A stretch of DNA of 64,000 nucleotides from Octopus vulgaris (taxonomy: Eukaryota). A model generated the notes under the pieces. That model was not told the DNA's origin, did no database searches, and was given only the letters and a program-made list of their open reading frames with translations. Numbering within the stretch: position 1 is the first letter of the stretch; every line of letters starts with the position of its first letter. Made by a program: the position numbers and the translations under genes. The stretch is taken from contig OX597841.1 of NCBI GenBank assembly GCA_951406725.2, positions 8,122,001 through 8,186,000 on the forward strand, read 5' to 3'. Positions 13,760-30,896 of this stretch are shown in pieces.

Positions 13760-14405
13760 ATGTTGGGAGTGGGTAAAATTTCAAAGGCTTCCACATCACC
13801 CCACCCCGTTTTGCGGACCCAAAAAGGGTTTTCTGGGATATTAGGGGGTCACAGCATTTCATTCAACAAAATAAAAAAAAAAGATTTCCAATGATTCTGG
13901 GATGGCACAGGGGGTCCCCCTCGAACCCTATTCCTAAACCAAAATAAGGGATTTGCAGCATATTAGGAGGTCACGGTACTTGATTCCATGCAAAAAAATG
14001 TGATTTTTTTTCCCTTAGTGAAAATGGTGCTGGTGAAAAGATCACTGAGGATTGGGGTGGGGTGAAATTTCCGAGGCTTCCGCCTCACCCCACTCCATTT
14101 TTCGGACCCCCAAAAAGGGTTTTGTAGCATATTAGGTCACGGGAATTCATCCAACAAAAACCAACAATAATAATTTCCAATGATTTGAGAATGGGGTGGG
14201 AGTGCGTCCCCGTCGTGGCACCCTTTTCTTCTGAACCATAATAAGTGATTTCCAGCATATTTGGAGGTCAGGGTACTTCATTCCATGCAAACAAAATTCG
14301 AGTTTTTTTCTTTCTTGGTGAAAATCGTGCGGGTGTTAATCTGAAAGTTTACCGAGGTACGACAACCCCCTCCCCACCACTGCTAACAAGATATTGTATA
14401 TAAAG
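13760..14405. repeat. Interspersed element containing two diverged ~285-bp direct units
   Basis: The units starting near 13770 and 14058 share aaatttc..aggcttcc.c.tcacccca...cggaccc..aaaagggtttt...atattagg. Confidence 0.55.
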
Positions 14406-14522
14406 GGTGCAATGTAGCAGCGATAACCCGCTGGTGGAGAATCTGCCTTGGGTTAAACTAGTAGTAACCTTCAGCAGCCACTTTGATGTGCTGACTCACT
14501 TTACTTTGTGAGATTTTACAAA

Positions 14523-14572
<50 letters not shown>

Positions 14573-14576
14573 TAAC

Positions 14577-14630
<54 letters not shown>

Positions 14631-14636
14631 CTATCT

Positions 14637-14667
<31 letters not shown>

Positions 14668-15430
14668 GTCTGTCTCTCTCTCTCTCTATTTATTATGTAA
14701 TGAAAGAAAGGACACGACCATCATGAAATACAACAATGTCTCTTTCAACACGCAACTTCACATGAAGAATCCGGCAAAACAAATGCATAAAAGTATGCCT
14801 GTGTCTGTGTGTATCTTTTATCTTTAATGTGTTTCAGACATTAGACTGTGGCCATGCTGGAGCAACACCTTGAAGAATTTCTAGTCGAAGAATTGAACCC
14901 AGTACATCTTTGTGTTAAGCCTTGTATTTATTCCATCGATCCCTCCATATAGCACCTTCTTTTTCACTCGCCATCCTCTCTCTCTCTCTCTCTCTTTCTA
15001 ACAAACTGAGTCACAATGCAAATATTTCCTTCAGGCATTACACAGTATAATGTGTGATTTAAAGGGATTTGACTGCTATTTCTGCAAGAGAAAATATCGA
15101 TACAACTATATTCACAGATATACAAGAAGTGACTCCCAGACCTCAAAAAGAATTATAGTTCCTCATCCACGCCAGAAATTTTAAGGGGACGGGTTAAATC
15201 GACATTTACCGAAAGTGGTCTAGTCACCAGATAGGGGTCCTGCATGGCCTCACCAGACACACATAAGAGAGTACGCTGTAATTAATTGGTAATTCCAACG
15301 AGCCTACTTTCATTGCAGATAATCCCCTCAGATATTACACAGTATGATGTGTGATTTCAGGAGATTTGACTGCTATTTCTAGAAGGAGATGTATTAGTAC
15401 AACTATATTGATATATATTATTGTTGCTAT

Positions 15431-15475
<45 letters not shown>

Positions 15476-15984
15476 GTGGGGAAATTGGTAGAATCGATGC
15501 CATGCTGGAGGAAATGCTTAATCGCATTTTGTATAGCTTCATGTTGTGAGTTCAAGTTCTGCCTCGGTCGATTTATCCATTTCATCGTTCCAGGGTCAAT
15601 AAATTAAGTACCAGTCAAATACTAAGGATGAAGTAATTGATTAGCTGCCCACAGTAATTGCAGGCCTTGTGCTAATAGTAAAAAGTGAATTAGAGAGAGA
15701 GGGGTAGATAGATCTGTTATAGTATGTGTGTGTGTGTGTGTGTGTGTATAAGCCGATGAGGTGACAGAATCGTTCACACGCAGGGTCGTTGGAGTCAATT
15801 AGTTGCCTCTACTAGAATTCCAGGCCTTGTTTTCTTTAGACAAAGAATGATCACATATGTGTATGGTAGAAAGCGGAAGTCTCCATGGGTGCCCTGGGAC
15901 TGAATGTCGATGTGGGTGAAGATTACAAGGAAAATTTCTGCTCCCAAATTCTGAGAAGAAAAGAGAGTAACAGACAAATGGATG

Positions 15985-20393
<4,409 letters not shown>

Positions 20394-20954
20394 CATCCAT
20401 CATTCTAACTATACAACATATATATATGTTTATATATCAGGGCATTACCATACATAAATGCTTCACACTACGAGGGACTATTAAAGTCAAACTACCATAA
20501 TAAACACATTATATGTGTATATATATATATAAATATATATATAGACTGAACCTGGAACCATGTAGTTGGGAAGCAAGCCTCTTATCACAAAGACTCTCCT
20601 GTTGTTATTTGGATTCGATTTTCACTTCCTCCCTCTTAAGATCTAAAAATCCATTTTGAAATAATTCCACTTGTTTCCAACTGATAAAGCATTCATTTAC
20701 ATTTACTCAACAACTCAAGTGTTTTGTTTACACATTGGTCCCAAAAATGCATATATATATATATATATATACACATGTTTGTGTGCTCCACAAATGTATA
20801 GGCACAGGTGTTCCTGTGTGGTAAGAAGTTTGCTTTTCAACCACAGGGTTCTGTGTTCAGTCCTACTGCATGGCACCTAGGACAATTCTCTTCTATTTTG
20901 ACCTCGGGCCTTGTAAGTGGACCTTGTCAGATGGAAACTGAAGTGAGCCCATCA

Positions 20955-21054
20955 NNNNNNNNNNNNNNNNNNNNNNNNNNNNNNNNNNNNNNNNNNNNNN
21001 NNNNNNNNNNNNNNNNNNNNNNNNNNNNNNNNNNNNNNNNNNNNNNNNNNNNNN
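20955..21054. other. Assembly gap (100 N)
   Basis: Run of exactly 100 N, a typical placeholder for a gap of unknown size. Confidence 0.99.
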
Positions 21055-21058
21055 TGCA

Positions 21059-21093
<35 letters not shown>

Positions 21094-22589
21094 CAGTTAG
21101 TGAGGGAGAGGAAGAGGTGAACGCTTTTGCAAGGGAGGTGGGCGGTGATTAAAATGAATATATAATGAGGTTCTGAGAGAAAGGAGACAAAGAGGGAGAA
21201 GTGGGAGGATATGTTTTGTAGGGGGAGGGAGAAAGAGTATGAAAATGCATTAAGGGTTTAGTGAGGTACAGACAGAGGGAATTAAGAGTAAAAGCAAGGG
21301 AGGGGGAAGCATTGGGTAATATATGAGGAGGTGGGAGAGGGAGGCGAAGAGAAAGAGACAAAGAGGGAGAGCGCGCTTATTGGACGATATATATTTAGTA
21401 ATAGGGGAAGGGTATGAGTTAATAAAGAAAGCAAAATGGGCGGAGTCAGTCTACATTATGCAAAGTGGTGGGAGGAGTCAACGTTGAAAGGGTAAGAACA
21501 ATAACTCTTATTGAATCCCTTTTCGCTTTAAATTCTATTTTTTTCTTTCGCAGAATTTGAAGATTTCCAAAAATGATTTAATGTAAATAATAGATCGAAG
21601 GGTTTAATATTGCAATTCTTAGCCCTTAATTTCCTCCTCGTAATCTTCACACTGCACCCTGCACCTATTGTGGATGCAGCTGCTAGAAATAGCAGCCAAA
21701 CATCGCATACTAAATGAAACCTCTGATTTCTTTAATTGCTTCAAAATTTATTTATTAAGTTGAGGAAAAAGTTCGTGCGTTTGGTCTTTATTTTGAAGAA
21801 TATTTGTTGCTTTTGAATAAATTCTTGCATAAAACAATCATTATTTTAACACGACGCACGGACATTTCCCTCAATCTAATAGTTTCTATTTTATAATTGG
21901 CATTTGGTCAGATAACTGCAAAGATTAGCCATTGACTGTCCACTACAAAGAGAAGGGAGCAAGAATATGCAATGAAAGTGCAGTTTAGTGCAGCCGTGCA
22001 CTGGTTGTCGTCCTATTTTAAGCTGCAAAAATGTGAAAGTAAACTTCGAGAAGGAAAGGGATCAGACCGGAAGTGATGAGAATAGAACAGGAAACAAGTG
22101 AATGCCATCTAACGGAGAACAATTCAGCTCATAGTGACGACGCCTCTACCACCGAAACATCTCGACACACTGTTTTTACTCATCGCAGGCCGGTCTCATG
22201 GATGTGTGACGGAGCTGTGTTGCCGGGAAACAGCTACGAGAACGGAAATCGACGGAAATTGACGCATCTCGACGGTTATGAAGGAGTTCAGTGTGAAGAT
22301 ATTAAATGCCTTTCGGTATTGCTTCAGATGTTTGACACCCGAATTTCCTGCCTCAGAGCTTCCAGAAAATGGAGATTTTAAATTATATTTTCTAAAACTG
22401 AGCTTCTGATGCTGTAAATTGCGATTATATCGGAATATTTGATGAAAACATTTTTCCTACTTCGATGTGAGGAGTTTTGGAAAATTCACACAAGGCGTCT
22501 GGCTTTTTTCACAACTTTCAGAAAAATAATAAATTTTTTATGGAATTTTCTATAAATGCCTTTCAGAGTGTGTCGATTACAATTATAAA

Positions 22590-23710
22590 AAATAATAATA
22601 ATAATGAAATTATTGTATACAGTGCTCAGGTGCACCACAACTTGTCAGAAAGTGCGTATAAGGTGTATGCAGTAATGTACAAATGTCTGGAAAGCGAACA
22701 ATGTATGAGTCAGATACATGCTTGCGTGTGTATGGAGGGGAGAAGATCAGGTGTAGTGTTGGCGAATCTCAGGAAGCATGGAAGTTTTGAAGGATGCAGT
22801 GCTCCGACAACTAACAACTGATGCCGGCAGGTTGCTTCCATTCTTGAGTGTGTATGGAGGGGAGAAAATCAGGTGTAGTGTTGGCGAATCTCAGGAAGCA
22901 TGGAAGTTTTGAAGGATGCAGTGCTCCGACAACTAACAACTGATGCCGGCAGTTTGTTCCATTCTTGAGTGTGTATGGAGGGGAGAAATCAGGTGTAGTG
23001 TTGGCGAATCTCAGGAAGCATGGAAGTTTTGAAGGATGCAGTGCTCCGACAACTAACAACTGATGCCGGCAGGTTGTTCCATGCTTGTGTGTGTATGGAG
23101 GGGAGAAAATCAGGTGTAGTGTTGGCGAATCTCAGGAAGCATGGAAGTTTTGAAGGATGCAGTGCTCCGACAACTAACAACTGATGCCGGCAGTTTGTTC
23201 CATGCTTGCGTGTGTATGGAGGGGAGAAAATCAGGTGTAGTGTTGGCGAATCTCAGGAAGCATGGAAGTTTTGAAGGATGCAGTGCTCCGACAACTAACA
23301 ACTGATGCCGGCAGTTTGTTCCATGCTTGCGTGTGTATGGAGGGGAGAAAATCAGGTGTAGTGTTGGCGAATCTCAGAAGCATGGAAGTTTTGAAGGATG
23401 CAGTGCTCGACAATTAACAACTGATGCCGGCAGTTTGTTCCATGCTTGTGTGTGTATGGAGGGGAGACAATCAGGTATAGTGTTGGCGAATCTCAGGAAG
23501 CATGGAAGTTTTGAAGGATGCAGTGCTCAGACAATTAACAACTGATGCCGGCAGTTTGTTCCATGCTTGCGTGTGTATGGAGGGGAGAAAATCAGGTATA
23601 GTTTGGCGAATCTCAGAAAGCATGGAAGTTTTGAAGGATGCAGTGCTCAGACAATTAACAACTGATGCCGGCAGATTGTTCCATGCTTCAGCAACTCTCA
23701 GCGTGAAAAA
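22590..23710 (-). repeat. CR1 LINE 3' end containing 8 tandem ~121-bp units (LINE-derived minisatellite)
   Basis: (AAT)n tail and 3'UTR at ~22590-22715. Units start near 22717, 22839, 22960, 23080, 23201, 23322, 23441 and 23562, each encoding AWNKLPASVVSCRSTASFKTSMLPEIRQHYT on the minus strand. Same family as 13235-13730. Confidence 0.92.
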
Positions 23711-23828
23711 TCATATCGGAAATGAATATGAGAAAATCAATTTGGTGGAGTATTACACATACATGGCACAACAGGTCACATATTGACAAAAGGAAACTTG
23801 AAGTTTCGAAGAAAATTAGGATGTGCGT

Positions 23829-23870
<42 letters not shown>

Positions 23871-24324
23871 CCATTATTTTTTCTTTCCATATTAAATTCC
23901 AATATAATCGCATTTTACACACACTGTAACGTATTTGTAGAAAATTACCTTAGAAAATAACCCATTTTTGTTAAAGTTCTGAGCAAACACAGACAAATCG
24001 TGTGAATTTTACGAAACTCATCTTTCCGCCGACAGACAAATTTGTTTCGCTACAAATTCCGATATAATCAGAATGATCACCATCTGAAGCGTATTAACAG
24101 AAAATTTAATTAAATATGTCCGTTTGGCGGGGAGTTATGAGGAAACAAATTCGGTGCGTCGCACACATCTGTGAGAATGGCTGCCTTCCCAAGACGGGTC
24201 TTCTGCTGGAAATCGCTGTTCCAGTCGGGAAGCTTCTCGGCTCTCCTCTCCCGCATCTGTGCGTGTTGGTGGGACATTACCGTCAAATCCAAGCACCATT
24301 TGAGTCGTCTCTTTTCCTCACTAA

Positions 24325-24369
<45 letters not shown>

Positions 24370-25220
24370 AATTCTTTTTTCTTTCTTTCTCTCTGAGTGT
24401 TATGTTGCAGCCCTACCCAACCATCAGAATCATCCTCACCTGACCTAAGACCGACAATGACAGAGAAAGTAGCTGTCCATCTGCAGCTGACATGTACCCT
24501 AAGCCTCGACTCCTTGAAGCATCAACGGCTTAAAATGTGTAAGAAGCCGGTTCCCATTGTTAACAGCATGTCGGTCGACGGCAGAAATATCTGGTCGGTG
24601 GTGGAAGATTGAGACAGATGCACAGGTATCTCGACGAAATTCAGCTGCGGGGAAGTGGTATCCGTCTTTACGATCCACCATGTGTTTCATTTTTCTTGAA
24701 TCTTTTATTTAAATAAGAAATTTCAGTGTTTTTCCCTTTTGTACAGACATATTACGTTTATTAAGTTGTCCAAAAATGTCTGACAAATAGAATAATTTGT
24801 ATAACGAATCTTGATTGTGGAACAAATCTGAATTTAATCCCAGCAGGAATATTATGTCTTCATTTTCTTAAAGTTCTAACAATTGTTTCAAAGCTTCTCC
24901 ATTTCAGATTCATCACACTTCTGTTCTTCATAAAACTTTGCTGAAATTGGATGCCATTTCTCACAGAAGAGGAAACTATTGAGAACAAGAATTTTAATAA
25001 CGTTAATAATTTTAACCGCTTCTTGTAATATTGCAAAAGTATCTGGAAATATTTTGTGAGAAACAAACACCTCTCAGTGAAGATTGCAATAAGTGACAGA
25101 AATAGGGTTTTTATCTTACAAATTTAACTTGAACCCCAATTTCCCTCCTTATCATAGCTTCTGCATCTTTATTACATACTACATTACATTTATACCATCC
25201 AAGGCATACTTCTATCTCTC

Positions 25221-25622
25221 TTTTACTCTTTTACTTGTTTCAGTCATTTGACTGCGGCCATGCTGGAGCACCGCCTTTAATCGAGGAACTCGACCCCGGG
25301 ACTTATTCTTTTGTAAGCCCAGTAATAATTCTATAGGTCTCTTTTGCCGAACCGCTAAGTGACGGGGACATAAACACACCAGCATCGGTTGTCAAGCAAT
25401 GCTAGGGGGACAAACACAGACACACAAACATATACACACACATATATATACATATATACGACCAGCTTCTTTCAGTTTCCGTCTACCAAATCCGCTCACA
25501 AGGCATTGGTCGGCCCGGGGCTATAGCAGAAGACACTCGCCCAAGATGCCACGCAGTGGAACTGAACCCAGAACCATGTGGTTGGTAAGCAAGCTACTTA
25601 CCACACAGCCACTCCTGCGCCT
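25221..25622 (-). mobile_element. Near full-length tRNA-derived SINE
   Basis: The head aggcgcaggagtggctgtgtggtaag...ggttcagttccactgcgtggca carries A and B boxes; internal (CA)/(TA) tract; tail gactgaaacaagtaaaagag. Confidence 0.85.
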
Positions 25623-26519
25623 TTCATCTACTTTTAGCTACAAAGTCCCCTTCTAACGAACCAATCTTCCTGGACCCTATTCTATATTACTATAGTTTGT
25701 AATTTTACTTGCTTCATCTAATTGAATTGCATGTTTAGAGACGTTGTTTAAAAACCTTCGCATAATTTACTCCAATTAATCATTATTCATTTCTGAAATA
25801 CAAATACCAACATTATCATTTCGCAGTCGAACTTTGATTCATCTGCATGTTATTTCAATGAATAATTCCAGATGTTTTCATTGCTGCTGCTAATACAAGT
25901 TCTTCGCCGATGTTGTTTGGGGTTTCTTTTATCTCTTGCAATTAAATAAACAGCTTCAAAAGATGCCCTTCTACTATAACCTCTGCCCCATCAGAATATC
26001 GTGAGTGTATTTGGTAGATGGAAACGGAAAAAAGCCCGTCGTATACATATATACATACATACTTATGTGTTTGTGCTTGTATGTTTGTGCGCGTGTCTTT
26101 GTGTTTGCGTTCGAGAAGCCACCCCGCTTGACAACCAGTGTTTCTTTGTTTACGTCCTTGTGGTATAGCCGTTTGGCAAAAGACACCGTTACTAGAAGTA
26201 GTATGCATAATTATAAAAGAAAAATCTAGAGGGGTAATTCATGCGATTAAAATTCATCAAAACGGTGCCCCAGCATGGCCGCAGTCGAATTACTGAAACC
26301 AGTAAAAAATATAAGATTTAAATAAAACAATAGTTTCCTCTTCGCTAAACTTATTTGCCTTTTATAATCAGTTCGATCTCTTATTTCCATTCAATCATAT
26401 TTGGCAGTTTTCTGAAGTCTTCGCAGAGACACAGATTCGATTTAACCCAACCGAAAGTAATTCAGTTGAAAAGAAGAACGGGGTGTCAGAAGAGGAATTA
26501 TCTTTGCCCCGTCTGGGAT

Positions 26520-27290
26520 AATCTCTTCCCTCTCATCCTTCTCTTTATTCCATTATCACGTCCTATTTCTTTCAATCTCGTTCATTCCTTTTTTCCTTCC
26601 TTTTTTCTTTTATTCATTCATTCTTTTTTCTCTTTTCTTCCTTCTATCTTTCAATATAACTTGCTTTCTTTCTTCCTTCTTTCTGTCTTTCAGTTTATCT
26701 GCCTTTTTTCAGTCCTTCTTTCCTTCCTTCTTCCTTTCTTTTTTCTATTTTCCATCTTCTATCTTTCTATCTCTGTTTCTTTTGTTCTTTCTTCCTTCTT
26801 TCTGTCTTTCTGTCAGTTTTTCTTTATTTCCTTCTTTCTTATCTCCTCCTTTCTTTCTTTCTTTCTTTTATTCTTTCTCTCTTTCTTTCTTTCTTTCCTT
26901 CTTTACTTTCTCCCTTCTTCCTTTCCTTCTTTCTTATCTCTTTCTTTCTTTCATTCTCTGTCTCATTTGTTATCAATCTTATTTTCTCCTTCGCAAAATA
27001 ACTTCGCCGTTTGTTTATTCTTCCTTTCTTTTTTCCACTCTTTCTTTATTTCCTTCTTTCTTTCTCTTCTTTCTTTGTTTTATTTCCTTCCTCATTTCCT
27101 CCTTCCTTTCTTTTCTTCTTTCTACTATTCTTTCCTCTTTCTTTCTTTCTTCCTTTGTTTCTGTGTTTTTCTTTCTTTCTTTCACTCTTTTAGTTTTCCT
27201 TTACGTACTCTTTTTTCTCTACCTTTCTATCTCTCTTTCTATCTCTCTTTCTTTCTCTCTTTCTTTCTCTCTCTCTCTTTTCTTTCCTCG
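26520..27290. repeat. Long C/T-rich low-complexity tract
   Basis: ~770 bp of degenerate (CTTT)n/(CT)n. It accounts for the F/S/L-rich spurious ORFs. Confidence 0.9.
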
Positions 27291-27949
27291 TAAGTCGCGG
27301 TTTTCTCTTTTCGTCTAGCGTCATTTGGGAAACATGACAACAAAGCTATAAGACGGACACACCGAACAAAGCTAGCAGTCAGAAACTCACTGGAGAAAGG
27401 CGGTTCGGTTCGACTTCCAGGGAGACTTAGACAGATAGACACACATGTTGACGTCATGAAACGAGAGGATGTATATTTTGGTGGTGGGATCCATCTTTGC
27501 CGGCACCGTTCAGTTTTGATCATTTGCCGAGTGATTCGTGTCGCCGATGTCGTCGGATACTTCTAAGTTCTTTACACCGAGCTACACTACACCTCGGATG
27601 CTGGTTCATGTCTTTCGAAAGACACAGCGCATTGTAGTAGCTGTTCTCTAAAGCAAGTCTCTCTGAACAATATCACTAATCATAAACTAACGATGGTTTT
27701 CACCTCGTCCAATGAAAGGGTACCCGCAAGATTGTTTGTTTTTTATATCATCGGACAGCGATGGTAAGCGGAATGACAGCAGATCACCGCTTAAGTGGAT
27801 CCTTTTTCTAACGTCTGGATACCATTTCTAACGTCAGCCAGTTTATAGAGTGTTCTGATTGTGTTGATGTGGCACCAGTGAGGCTGAATGTTACATTGCA
27901 CCAGCCTCCACGAGCGCACAAGATTAGGTACGCTCAGCTTAAAAGAGAT

Positions 27950-28680
27950 GCAGGGGACATGCCTATATGCAAGATCAACCACGATTTTACTTCGCCTGAC
28001 GTCTTTTCTCAAGCATAGCAAACCGTCCTGTGTCTCGGTCCTTGTCATCCCTTCTGTGAGACCCAACGTCTGAAGATCCTTTCTCCCCATTTTGTTCCAC
28101 GTTTTCTTGGGCCTACTCCTTCCGCAGTGTTTCCTTCACAATTAGAGATCAGCACCTCTTGATGAGAGAGTTTTCATTCATACTCATTACATGATCATAC
28201 CAGCGCAGTCTTCTCTCTTGCACACTACATCTAATGCCTCGTATACACAGTCCTTCTCTCAAATCACTTACAAACTGTTGTATACGCTCACTGATATTAC
28301 TCATCCAGCGGAGCATACTGGCTTTATTTGTTTCAAGCCTTCGCATATCTTCACTAGTCACAGCCAATGTTTCACAATCATGTAGCGCAGCTGTTCGTAC
28401 ATAGGCATCATACAATCTGCCTTTCACTCAGAGGGAGTGACCTATCGTTACTAACAGATGTAGTAGCTCTCAGAACTTTGCCCAGCCTATTCTTATTCAA
28501 GCAGTTATGCCTTTGGAACAACCTCACCCACAACATTCAACTTGGCCACCTAAGCAAACAGTCTGCTACTTCTAAGGGTCCTCCTGACTTTTGAGGGAGT
28601 CTATTTTTGTACGTTCCTAGTGTTTAAAGAACCTGGACATCTGCTACACGTAAAGACTACATTCTCATCTTAGGCTTCCA
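27950..28680 (-). mobile_element. RTE-clade LINE 3' fragment
   Basis: KGRLYDAYVRTAALHDCET...RRLETNKASMLRWM...VQERRLRWYDHV...GRPKKTW..., the RTE ORF2 C-terminus. Confidence 0.85.
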
Positions 28681-30302
28681 ATGATACAAATAGATGTTGA
28701 ACAAATACAGCCCCAAGGTAGTCAGGACCGGCTTTAATTTCCTTGATTCCCTGATGAACTCAGTGTACAGGGAAACCGGTGACCCCCCAGCTCAGCATAA
28801 CTCCGTTATATAGAAACCTGTTTCTATAATTGTTATTCAGCAAAAAGGTGGAGGGTCATTCAAACACAATGTCATACCAACTTGAAAGATGGAGATTTCC
28901 TATATAACTCAACCAATTCTCTTTCTTCACCATCATCATAGTCGTCAACATCATCCTAGGAATGTCCAGCTTCTCTCTTTCAGACTGGTGTAGGTGGGAT
29001 GTTACGGACAGTAGGTCAGAGAGAGCTCTGTCCAACCAATCCCTCTGTTCCTGCCTTGCTTGAAACTGAGCCTCAGTAGTATTTCTCCTTGGCATAAAAC
29101 AAAAGCGGCATCTCATCTACGCTAATTCTCTGAATGAAGTTTAATATTTTGAAATGTATCGGAGCACTGACCCTTTTCAACCAATTTGAAGCGATTCAGT
29201 TTTCTGAAAAAAGGGATTTCAGCTATAGGGCATAGAATTGGTTTCGAAACAGTAAATGTTGACCTAAAGAAGATTAATAACCCATGGTTGTGTGGTTCAA
29301 AAGCTTTCTTCCTAAGTATGTGGTCGCGAGTTCAGTCCCACTCCACGGTTACTTGGGCTATTATCTTCTCCTTTAGGCCAAAGGTTAACCAAAGGATTTG
29401 TATGTGGATTTAGTAACCGGAAACTGAAAGAAGCTCATCATGTGTGTACTTGATATCATGTGATGACTAAAAACGGCCTTACCATCAATACAAGTGATGT
29501 CGATCATTTCCAATCTTCCTTCAGAAACATGTCCGGCCGTCGGAAAATATTGCTGTGCTTGGGAACAGGTGAGAGTTGGAACCAGCAATTGCGTCCAGCT
29601 ATAGAAAATCTGCCTCAATAAATTCTGTCTGACCCATGCGAGCATGGAAAAGTAGACGTTAAATGATGACAAAGAGAATGGCATGGGCGATGTGTGTACT
29701 TGTACATATGTATATAACACACACACACACACACACACACACGCATTTTTTAATCGAGACCCATTATGATCGGTGGGAACGTCTGAGATTCTAAGTTGGG
29801 TTTCTCTAATAGCCTGACCATCGTTTCTTACACAAACGAATCAAATTTAATCCTCTTTAGAACAAACACTGTGTATATATGTGTCGGTGTGTGTTTGTAT
29901 GCCTGTGTATGTATGTTTGCGGATGTGTGTGTGTGTTTGTGTGCGTGCATCCGTAAATGAACTTAATGTTGCTGTAAACATATTTCAGACAGGTGGCCAA
30001 TACAATGCCTGATTCCATGCAGTCTCTACAAATTCTACCCGCACAGCTTATATCGATCTTGTCTAAATCTACAATGAAGATCTGTGGTAGTCCTTACCAA
30101 GTTCTTCTGTGTTGCCACTGAACATTTAGAACGGCTGCTCTTCATCGAAATTACAACAAAATATCTGGAACAGATTCTCTCTGTGACAGGCTGAAATAGT
30201 ATCAAAGATTTGTAAACTAGACCTATCAAACCCCATTAATATCAAAACAGTTTTTAAAAATAAGAAAATCAGGAAAACATCTTTTTGTTGAATAATATAT
30301 TA

Positions 30303-30308
30303 TTTATT
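30303..30308 (-). promoter_or_regulatory. Candidate polyadenylation signal of the ANK-RING-propeller gene
   Basis: AATAAA on the minus strand ~590 nt after the stop codon. Another lies at 30720-30725. Confidence 0.35.
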
Positions 30309-30896
30309 TACATTGAGATGAATCACACAGCTCTATAACGTATGATGTAATATATATTTTAGAATATGTTCTGCCGTAGCTTTACAATGTAATATATATT
30401 TCGAGCATTGGTTTATGAATATAATTTTGTGATTAATTCAAACAAACTTTCTAAGATTAAGCATTATCTTTAAATTAGGGTTAAATATATAAAATATATT
30501 CAAGTAAAGAAAAAAAAACATTTGAAAGATTTGCTGAGAGGAAAGACGACATGGTGAGAAAAGATTAGAATTTAAATGGAGTTTTGTGTTTCTTTTATAA
30601 GATTGTTAACATGTAAGAGTAACAATTTGAATCAGATAATGTCGTCATTGTGTGTGTGTGGATGGGGGGTGAAACGCTATTCCAGTGGAATACATACACT
30701 GTTTCTAGTTCATTAATATTTTATTATCAATTAACTAATTAGGAATCATTATGGTAACTATCTTTGTTCAAGGATCCAGGTTAAAACCTACGTATTTTGT
30801 GTGACTATTCCAGAAGCGTCCCATCGAATAAAGAAATATAGTCAAAAGGCTGCTAATGCCAATTGCTCGTAACATATATTGATTCAATGTAGGGCC

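Noticed and set aside
22717-23690. Regular repeat array superficially like a CRISPR
   Set aside because: There are no unique spacers; the whole 121-bp unit repeats and derives from a CR1 LINE in a eukaryotic genome.
24110-24292. 60-aa minus-strand ORF in a CpG-rich patch
   Set aside because: No recognisable homology and no good splice acceptor.
25560-25622. tRNA-like sequences with A and B boxes
   Set aside because: They are SINE heads without a full cloverleaf, so no genuine tRNA gene is supported.
26355-27318. 312-aa F/S/L-rich ORF resembling a membrane protein
   Set aside because: It comes from a CT-rich low-complexity tract that lacks stop codons by composition.
28748-28790. CTGATGA...GAAACCGGTG hammerhead-like motif
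   Set aside because: No stem I partner, weak stem II and G at the cleavage position; at most a fossil.
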